In this document: one piece after another, positions 30,952-38,989 of the stretch
How positions within the stretch are numbered: position 1 is the stretch's first letter
How the letters are laid out: the number at the start of each line of letters is the position of its first letter
Origin: Fonticula-like sp. SCN 57-25
Lineage: Eukaryota
Assembly (NCBI GenBank): GCA_001724245.1
Contig: MEDX01000032.1
Coordinates: forward strand, 1 to 38,989
Length of the DNA: 38,989 nt
Reading direction: 5' to 3'
Position numbers and translations under genes: made by a program
Notes under the pieces: model-generated
The model's input: only the letters and a program-made list of their open reading frames with translations
Databases searched by the model: none
Told to the model about the DNA's origin: nothing

Positions 30952-33900
30952 CTAGTCGAAAAAGTATAAACTTTCCCTCACTTCACTCACATCAAACTGC
31001 CCCCGCTCCGGCACCGGCGCGATCTGCAGCGGCCGCCATCCCGCCGTCCCCGAAAACCGAATCGCCTCCTGGCCCTCGCTCGACGGCCGCTGGACACCCT
31101 CAACATATGCAAGCGACGCGTCATCAATCGCCTTCTCGAAAACCACGTGGTCCTTGTAGCGCTCGAGGAATTCATTTCGAAGATTGTCCATGATTGGCTG
31201 CGAGTGCAGCGCAATAAACTGCTCGCGAATGGACTTGTTCATTTCGTCGACTGTTGCCGCGTGCGTCCAGAAAGAGTCGTGCACGCTGGCAAAGACGAGC
31301 GGCGGCGACACTTCATTGGTGCAGGCGAGCGCGGTCATGAGCATGTGCGTAGAGTCGAGCGAGTGGATAAAGTTGGGCGGGAAGGCGGATTTTTGGCGGT
31401 TGACATTGACTTGTTTTTGGTGAACTGGGTCGTCAACTTGAATGCTCTGAAGATTCGTGTAAATCTGCGAAAAGTCAGTAAAATTAGACGGAAAAACATG
31501 CAAAAGTAGAAATGAAGCAGCAAAAGTACAAGAACACGTACAAGAACAAGTACAAGAATACTATCAATACCAATACCAATACCAACAACATTACCAACAA
31601 CATTACCAACAACATTACCAACAACATTACCAACAACATTACCAACAACATTACCAACAACATTACCAACGACATTCCCAATACAAAATATTTGCCACTT
31701 TTCGCACCTGCTTCATTGACTTTTTCCTGTAAGGCTGCACGATCGGCAAGTCCAATGGCGTCGTCCACACGACGAGCGTTTCTCCCTGCTCGCGCACATC
31801 CTTCTTCGTCGCCGCCACCGAGTACTCTTCCGCGACATTCGCCGCCGGCCGCGACCGCGCAATCTCGCGCGCCGTATCCGTCAGCCAATTCTGAATTTCC
31901 CGCGCGCCGTTAAACATCGTCCCAAGCGACTGGAAAACAAGCCTTGTAAGGTAAACCGACGTCTTATATATAAGCTCTTCCGGCACGACATTTCCTTCGA
32001 CAAGGCGGTTCTCAATCTGCTGACGCGCGCCGACAAATGTCACGCCGTACACGTTGGTCATGACGGTCTGCTTGACAATCTTGCGCGACACTTTGCCCTG
32101 CATGTGCCGCGCAATGTCACGTGTCAGCGGGTCGCTCGCTTCGGCGGCGTCGCGGTCAACAAACTGGCTCACGACTGAAGCAACGGCGCTGTAAACGTCC
32201 TGGGGGATGTCCGACTTTACAAGATTGACAGATTCGGCGCCGAGACGGTCGCCGCCGAGCGCGGCATAATGCTGAAGGCCGTTGCAACTGCCGTCCTGGT
32301 GGACGGGGAGGGAAGACTGGAAGAGGAGAGGGTCGGGCGAGCGAAGGGCGGCGCCAAGTTCAAGGCAGGTGGCGAGAAGCTGCCAGGGGTCATCGCTCTT
32401 TTTCCACCAATCATTCTGTAGGGAAAAGGTTAGGAAAAAGCCAGAAAATGTGGTTAAAAGTACCAAAAGAGGGTCGTCGGCGACGGCAAAGATCTGGTCG
32501 CGCATTTCGTCCGCCTTGGCAACGCGGCCATCAAACGAAAGCCTTTTTAATGGTCAGCAAAAATAACATTAAATATTTGATTTCGTACTTGTCGTGGCCG
32601 GCGAGGTTGGCAAAGTGGACCTTGAGCCAGAAAAGTCCGCGCTCGCCGAGCGGCCTCGTCTCATTAAACGTGAGCAGACCGCGGCAAATATCCGAGCCGA
32701 GATGGTTCAGGTGCGGCGGAATCGGGTACGCGCGCCCGCGGAAATCGACCGTGTGCGGAAAGTAAATCGGCTGCGATTTAAACTGCGAATCATGGGCGTC
32801 AGAAAAACATTCTGACCAATAAAAATACGCACGGCATTGGCGATTTCGAGCTTGTAATTGACGTCGCAGCGGAGCGCGTGCAGCTCGCGGTTCTGCTTCT
32901 CGGCCTTGCGGCGCTGCACGACAACCGATCGGCGCTCAAAAGGCGTGACGTCATCACCGGTCGGCATCTCGGGCACTTCGACGTCGGTGCGCGCGGGAAT
33001 GTCGGCCACGCCGCCGCCGGCCTCCCACAACGCCGTCGCGACGTCCAGCACGCGGTCATTGACGCGCCACGCAGTGTGACCAAGCACGTCAAGCGCAGTC
33101 AGCACGCCAGTGAGGCGGCCTTTGCGCGAGGCGGCGCGCAGCAGCTTGAGCTGCTCGGGACTTTCCTTCAAGCGCAAGCACGGACCTGAAGAAATCAACA
33201 CGTTAGCAACAAAAATAAACCAATAAACATAGCATACGGTCGATGGTGAGGTAGCCACCCGTGTTGAAAGTGAGCCATGGGCGGGGCGGAACGAGCATGG
33301 GCAGCATGCGCGACGGGATAATGTCGCGTACGGATCTAATGTCTGCAAACATGCGCTCAACGTGCGGGTGCGGCTTGACGACGCCAATCTTTTTCCCGCC
33401 GACAAAAATGTATGAATGGTACCAGGCCGGCACGATGCGCTTGCTGTCCGGGTCCTTTTGCCCGCTCGGCGTGAGGTTGTGCAGCTCGAGCTTGGCGTGG
33501 TCGAGCAGGAACTGGAGCAGCACTGCGCCGACGCGGACCTTGATGGCCACGGGCCACTTTGGCTGCCACGTGCCGAGCTCGTCCTGCAGCTTTGTCTGGT
33601 ACTCGCTCGCCATCTTGCGGACCTGCATGTTGAAAATCCTGCCAGAGCCCATCATCTGCTGGAACTTTGTCTCGTCAAGGTTGAGACGCTTGCGATGCCG
33701 CCGAAGGTGCATGCTGTTGTACGCATTTTCGAGCGCCTGGCCCATGCCGGCCATCGCGCGGCTGATCTTGATCGCGCCGACAACGCCGAGGTTGTACGAC
33801 GACATGAATTCGGCAAAGAGGGCGTCGAGGATCGTGTCGGGAGGCAAGAGAAGAAGGAAGGGGCCGTAGAGCTCGCGGCCGTTGCCGGGAACTTCGTCCT

Positions 33901-34997
33901 GGATTTTTTGCAGTTCCTCCATGAGGACGGGGCGCAGGCTCGCCTTCCAGTAGAACAGCAGCTCGTTGAGGCGCTCGTCGCGAAGGCCGGTATTGATGTT
34001 TTGCGTGCGGAAGCGGTCGAGACGGTCGCGCGCGAGCTCGCTCGAAAGGGACTCGAGCTCCTCTTGCATGGTGTAGCGGTCGAGGTCCGTGCGCGTGAGG
34101 ACGGCCAAATTGCGACGCATGTCCTGCACGCCTTCCGTGCTGATGTTGGACACGGCGAACGGGAGATCATCGAGCGTGTCGTCATTGCCGCCGGCGGTCA
34201 GGGCCTCGGGGCGCTCCTCGGCTAACGTGCTGACGGCCAAATTAAGAAGGCTGCGCTCGGCTTCGGTGAAGCAGGGGTTCTCCACCATGCGGACGAGCGA
34301 GTGGTTCTGCTCGAGCATCTTTACCAGCACCGTTTTCAGGTTGGCATCATTAAGCGTGCTAAATGAAAAAGAAGGGGTGAGAAAATGCTAGGCGACAACG
34401 AAAAGGCGCGTCGTACCTAAAGGCCGCCTTGAGGAGATTGACAAAGGTGCCGGTCGTCGGCCGCGTGCCCGTCTTGTGCATCCAGTCGAGAACGCCCAGA
34501 GCGCGTTCAAACTGCCCCGCGTTGCCAAACTCTTCAATAAAGGCGTGGTATACCTTGATACCAAATTTAAAGTTGCTTTCCGCCAGCTTGGTGTAGAGCT
34601 TTTCGGCGCGCACGAGATTCCCGTTCCGCAGGCACGCGTCAAGGATGGCGAGCGTCTCGTCCACGCTAAAGGGCGAGATGCGCGGGCCACGTGCGGATGA
34701 CGTAGAGCTCTTGCTAGACGAAATAGCACGTCCGCCCGTCGAAACAAGCGCGCTGGCTTCTTCTAGGTCGTCCTCGAGCTCCTCCTCCCACGCATGCTCC
34801 TCTTCGCCGTCTTCGACCATGGCGGGGACGGCGATGAATGACCGAAGCTGCGGGCCATGACCGGCAAACAGCCTCGGTTGAGGGGTAAGCGTAGAGGGCG
34901 GCGGCGGTAGTAACCGCGCTCGGCTGGCACTTCCATATGACAAGGCGGAAAGCGCACGGCCGGCCGTCGCCTGTACTGCACGTACTCCGCGCAACAT
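30952..34997 (-). CDS. RPO41: Mitochondrial phage-type DNA-directed RNA polymerase (Rpo41/POLRMT) with targeting peptide and PPR-like repeats; 7 exons
   Basis: [91 protein letters not shown]-terminal YFFD. Arg/Ala-rich presequence MLRGVRAVQ. Confidence 0.96.
31581..31676. repeat. Near-perfect 12-bp tandem repeat (ACCAACAACATT)x7 plus one variant, in mtRNAP intron 31707-31465
   Basis: Directly visible; flanked by AAGTACAAGAAC-like and ACCAAT repeats. Confidence 0.95.
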
Positions 34998-35909
34998 CGC
35001 GGCACCACGTGAGGGTACACGGCAAACTAACCTGCAACCCGAGCTGCAAACTGACATGCAATCTGGATTGCAAACTGGCAATCTGTGTGGCGGGGCAGAG
35101 AGCAGCGCGACGCCAGGTGACCCCGCATTGTCGGCGAAAAATATGGGACTGTGTTGTATAGAACGATTCCTGGGCCTATGCTGCGCTTGTGTACAAATGG
35201 CTCAACCGAATTGACGCCTTTTGAGCGCGGTAGAGGTCATGGAACACAGGTACCCCACAGCGAGGGTACAGAGTGCACTATACACACCATATCACTTGGA
35301 TCCGAGCGACGAATGAAGGTGCTGTCCAGTGTTTTCGACTTTAGGGCACAATAGACCTGCTCAAAAATACGATCTTGCTATTGATTACGATTTTCAGGTG
35401 AGATTAGGAGGAATTCTGGTTCCCGTAACCCAGATTCGAAACCCAGATGTCGGTACAGCATCCATAATTGTATTGGCACAGCGCATGTTGCACTGAATAC
35501 CAAATGACTGAGTATGGCCATGGTATGAGAGCGACTACTCTAGAGCAAATGGACCGGGTTTGTAAACTAGAGCGATCACCATCTGGCATCGGCACGTCAT
35601 GACACACACCGGCGAGCGCAGCCGAGCTTCGTACTACGGTACTCGCGCGCAGTCAAGATCAAGTATTGGGAAATGTCTCGCTCGTAAAACCTTGGCTGCG
35701 ACGCATGAACGCGCTATTTGTTGGCGTGGTTGTGCATTCCTTCAAGATGCCTGGATGTCGTGGACAGATGCACACGTAAAAACGCAAATTTGGCGGGAAA
35801 GTTTGTGCATCAATATTCATTATTCATTGTACAAATCCTCGTTCATATCATACATAATACTGTAATACCATTGAACACAGAGTGCCAGAAAATTAAAAAT
35901 TGATCTTGA

Positions 35910-37154
35910 TCACCATAGCGCAATATGCTCTTCGGCCCAGCCAAACACGTCGCGGATGACAAACTCCTTTGAGCCCGCTCGAATCGTCCCCTCAAACGTG
36001 CCAAGCATCTGATGCACCTGCGAAAAAATGACGATTGCGTTCGTTTTGGTAAAGCGATCAAAAGAAGGGGTGAAAACGAGTTCTACTTGCGCGCCGTCAC
36101 CGTCGTGATCTGCGCTCGTCGGCGCCGTCAGCCTCCACGGCTTCATCCAGTCGGCGGTATCGTAAACCCATTCGGCTGGCCCATTGATGCGGTAGAGGCG
36201 GCCGTCAATGCAAACTGCATTCTCAGTCGTGCCCGTCCCGTCGGTCCACTTGCCGCCAAGATTGAGGCCTACACGATGCTGCCCGCTCTTGTCCCACCCC
36301 GAAAACGAGCTCCAATTCCACCGCGAGTACGCCGGCCAGACGCCGCGGCCATAGTCGAGGCACGCAAATGACGATTGCGAGTCAAACTTGTACACCAAAG
36401 GAGATCCGTCGCCGGGCAGCGAGATGGTCACGCTGCCGCTCGCGGGCAAGGTGTTGTGCTTGGCGGTGAACTGGAAGCGCGACGACGACCAAGGGACGAC
36501 AACATGAAGCTGCTCGCTGTTGGCGGGGTACACCACTTCAATGTCGGCGGAAAGCGAGCTGCCGGTACCCAAAAAAGTGTGCGAAGCATTCCCGCTCTTG
36601 ACGAGATTCAAACGATCGGCGCGAACCGAGATGCGCTGCGTCGTACGATCAGAGCTTGTGCAATCAATGCTCACCGAAATGCCCCGACCGCGAGCACGAA
36701 CCGTCTCAAATACTCTCCCTGGCATGCACGAATCGCCTCCAAGCCCAAGCGGGATCACGGCGGAAGCGTTGAACGCCGCGCCGCTCGTACGATCGTACAC
36801 ATCAACAGAGAGAAGGCCGATGTAGTCGAGATCGGCCACAGTAACGGCAAAAAATAGCCCGCTCGACGCGTCAGTCACTGCCCAGTAGTTCCAATACTTG
36901 CGGCGCATCAGAGGCGCTTCGGCGAGAGACGCGTCGATTGTGGCGTGGCGTGACCAACCAATCGCAGCCTTGTTCAGTGTGCCATCAGGCATCGCCAACG
37001 AAATATCCAACGAATCTTTCCTTTCAACATCAGTCGGCAGATCGGCAGCGTAAGGAATACGCTGTTTACTCAGCACGCCAAGCCAGAAGCTGAGAATCGT
37101 CAAGACGCCTTCCGGCAAGCTCATGAGCAGCCGCCAAAGCCGGTCGATGCGCAT
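35910..37154 (-). CDS. Intronless DUF2804-like protein (bacterial-type family), possible N-terminal membrane anchor
   Basis: 414-aa uninterrupted ORF with PDGTLNKAAIGWSR...RRKYWNYWAV, VPWS..RFQFTAKHN, LDYGRGVWP..SRWNW, GLNLGGKWTDGTGTTENA, WMKPWRL, QVHQMLG.F.G, FGWAEEHIALW, recalled as DUF2804 motifs. Confidence 0.75.
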   Translation of the reverse strand: MRIDRLWRLLMSLPEGVLTILSFWLGVLSKQRIPYAADLPTDVERKDSLDISLAMPDGTLNKAAIGWSRHATIDASLAEAPLMRRKYWNYWAVTDASSGLFFAVTVADLDYIGLLSVDVYDRTSGAAFNASAVIPLGLGGDSCMPGRVFETVRARGRGISVSIDCTSSDRTTQRISVRADRLNLVKSGNASHTFLGTGSSLSADIEVVYPANSEQLHVVVPWSSSRFQFTAKHNTLPASGSVTISLPGDGSPLVYKFDSQSSFACLDYGRGVWPAYSRWNWSSFSGWDKSGQHRVGLNLGGKWTDGTGTTENAVCIDGRLYRINGPAEWVYDTADWMKPWRLTAPTSADHDGDGAQVELVFTPSFDRFTKTNAIVIFSQVHQMLGTFEGTIRAGSKEFVIRDVFGWAEEHIALW

Positions 37155-37455
37155 TGCAGTGGTAGGCGATGGGGCCTTAACACATCAAATATTGACGAAA
37201 ACGCTTCTTGCGACGGATTCGCTACGGTTGGTGCTCGCATGCGCCCGAGTGGTGCGCAATGAGCAGACGTGCGATCAGCGCCCCTGCTGCCCCGCGGATG
37301 CGCCGATGCCAGCGGTGGTCGATTCAAATTTTACCCAGGAATCCAGCGACGATTCAAGAGCAGATTCCAGCCCGCGGCGCATCTTGTCAGCATCTTGTCA
37401 CCATGAAGCAGTCGACGCTCTCTGACAGTCCGCATTTTCTTGTTTCCTGCTTGCC

Positions 37456-38784
37456 ATGACAGTGAGAATCTCGCCGCAGCCGATCTCTGGCGCAGTCTAC
37501 ATGGATCCCATTTCTCGTTTTTGGAAGTCGCTGATTGATGCCAAAGAGGTGCATCGGCAGCTGGATTGGCAGGAAGGAGGCATCACCGGCACCTTTCTCC
37601 ATCTGCCTGATGGCGTTGAACTTCTGGGGCAAAACGGGTTGGGTTCCATTTTATATGTCCGCGAGTGTTACCGAGCCCTCTACACCATGATTACGCAACA
37701 AACCATGCAACTGCCTGGGGCGATGGAGGCGCCGCGCTGGATCCTCACTGGCAACCCCGGCATCGGCAAGTCGCTTTTTTTGGCGTACCTGCTCTGGAGG
37801 GCTCGATGTGAAGGCGCCACTGTGGTGTACGAGCCATCCACAGTGTATGGCTACATGAGCGCATACATGGAAAAGCGCTATTTAATGCGACCGGACGGGA
37901 CGTGCCTTTCTGGGCAGGCGGGCTTATGCCTCTATGAGGACGAGTTGGACCAACCAAGCACGTGGTACATTGCTGATGCTCACGCTCCGACGCGTCAGAG
38001 CGCACGCACGCTCTTTGTGTCTGCGCCCCTACGCAGTTCGTACGGAGGCTTTGAAAAGCTACCGGGTACATTCAAGTGTTTTATGCCGGTCTGGACGTGG
38101 GAAGAGGTTGAGATTTGTTGGCGATTCGTATTCCGCAACGACGAGCGGGTTCCACAATCGCGCGTTCGCGAGCTTTTTAGCTATTGGGGTGGAATTCCTC
38201 GCATGGTTCTCGAGAAGCCATTGCAATGGAGCGACGACGTCATCATGCAAATGCTTGAATCATCATCGCGTACCTGTACACTTGCAATGTGCGAACGCAG
38301 CATTGGTGAAATTGGGGGCCAAGACGAGTTGCCGTACAATATTCTGCACATTATCGTCGGTGAAGACTATCGGCACTCACACATGGCGTTTGCCTCTGCG
38401 CGTGTGGTCGAGATGATGCTCAACAGATTTTTGATATTTGATCGGACTGAAACCTTCGAGTTTATTAACGAAGGCTGTACGATTTGTCCACAATCAACTC
38501 TGCGATTTGAACTGCTGCAGCAACTTGCTCAAGATCAAATTCATAAGGAGGTGTCCATCATTGCACGAGACCTCAAGACCGGCCGTGATTTCGAGGTGAA
38601 GGACATTGGCATTGATTCGAGTCATGCGAAAAAGACGACCTTTACGTATGACCAAAACAACTTGTCTCAACGTAGCTACCTATCATTGGCAGCCATTGCT
38701 CAACCAGGCGAATCATCGATTATTTCCGATGTGCATGATTATGTTGCAATACTTGTCATTGATAGGAAGGCGAGTCAGATGTAG
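37456..38784 (+). CDS. Crinkler (CRN)/RHS-type P-loop NTPase with degenerate or truncated C-terminal nuclease region
   Basis: LYVRECY, Walker A ILTGNPGIGKSLFLAYLL, Walker B-like WYIADA, VSAP, FMPVWTWEEV, WGGIPRMVL, FASARV: the motif series of CR-NTPases. Confidence 0.75.
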   Translation: MTVRISPQPISGAVYMDPISRFWKSLIDAKEVHRQLDWQEGGITGTFLHLPDGVELLGQNGLGSILYVRECYRALYTMITQQTMQLPGAMEAPRWILTGNPGIGKSLFLAYLLWRARCEGATVVYEPSTVYGYMSAYMEKRYLMRPDGTCLSGQAGLCLYEDELDQPSTWYIADAHAPTRQSARTLFVSAPLRSSYGGFEKLPGTFKCFMPVWTWEEVEICWRFVFRNDERVPQSRVRELFSYWGGIPRMVLEKPLQWSDDVIMQMLESSSRTCTLAMCERSIGEIGGQDELPYNILHIIVGEDYRHSHMAFASARVVEMMLNRFLIFDRTETFEFINEGCTICPQSTLRFELLQQLAQDQIHKEVSIIARDLKTGRDFEVKDIGIDSSHAKKTTFTYDQNNLSQRSYLSLAAIAQPGESSIISDVHDYVAILVIDRKASQM

Positions 38785-38989
38785 AGAGCGTTTTGTACCC
38801 ATCATTCAATGAATACAACGTGTTCTGTTTGAGCAATGGGATAATTTTATAACCCGTAAAAAAAAATGGCGGGTTTCTATTATGTACAATCTTAGGGTTA
38901 GGGTTGGTTTCGTTGTTATTTTCCCAAGGTCAATGACCTACAAAAGAGCTGACAATCGACACACACTACAAAAGAGATCATGCGACGAA

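Noticed and set aside
31484-31913. VMLL-repeat / NNIT-repeat ORFs
   Set aside because: Read-through of the 12-bp intronic repeat in the mtRNAP gene.
30952-34997. T7-like RNA polymerase as a sign of a phage, virus or linear plasmid insertion
   Set aside because: It has spliceosomal introns, a mitochondrial presequence and PPR-like repeats, so it is the normal nuclear-encoded mtRNAP.

Overview
Gene-dense eukaryotic nuclear DNA, standard genetic code, spliceosomal introns mostly 45-250 nt (donors mainly GTACG/GTGCG). The gene set (Cse4-like CenH3, Rvs161, phage-type mitochondrial RNA polymerase, animal-like myosin II regulatory light chain, CHTOP, WDR11, E2F-type sites) suggests a unicellular opisthokont; the taxon is inference only. 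I reconstructed 14 genes by hand: a large secreted Cys-repeat protein (runs off the left edge), WDR11, myosin RLC, CHTOP, CenH3, Rvs161/BIN3, a 4xCCCH-ankyrin-UBA protein, an ARID-less ARID1/Swi1-like protein, MSH2, SENP8, a SAM-SH3-PH-SH3-SH3 adaptor, mtRNAP, an intronless DUF2804-like gene and a Crinkler/RHS-type NTPase. The most unusual signals are at the DNA level. (1) Exons, especially those encoding disordered segments, are packed with tandemly amplified transcription-factor-like motifs (CACGTG, TGACGTCA, TGACTCAGCA, CCAATCA, E2F). (2) A strand-symmetric GC-skew wave runs C-rich to G-rich across exons and G-rich to C-rich across long AT-rich introns. (3) Those introns are CpG-poor minisatellites, often with 12-bp units. 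(4) WDR11 carries a U12-type AT-AC intron. Family assignments are from motif recognition by eye, not database searches.
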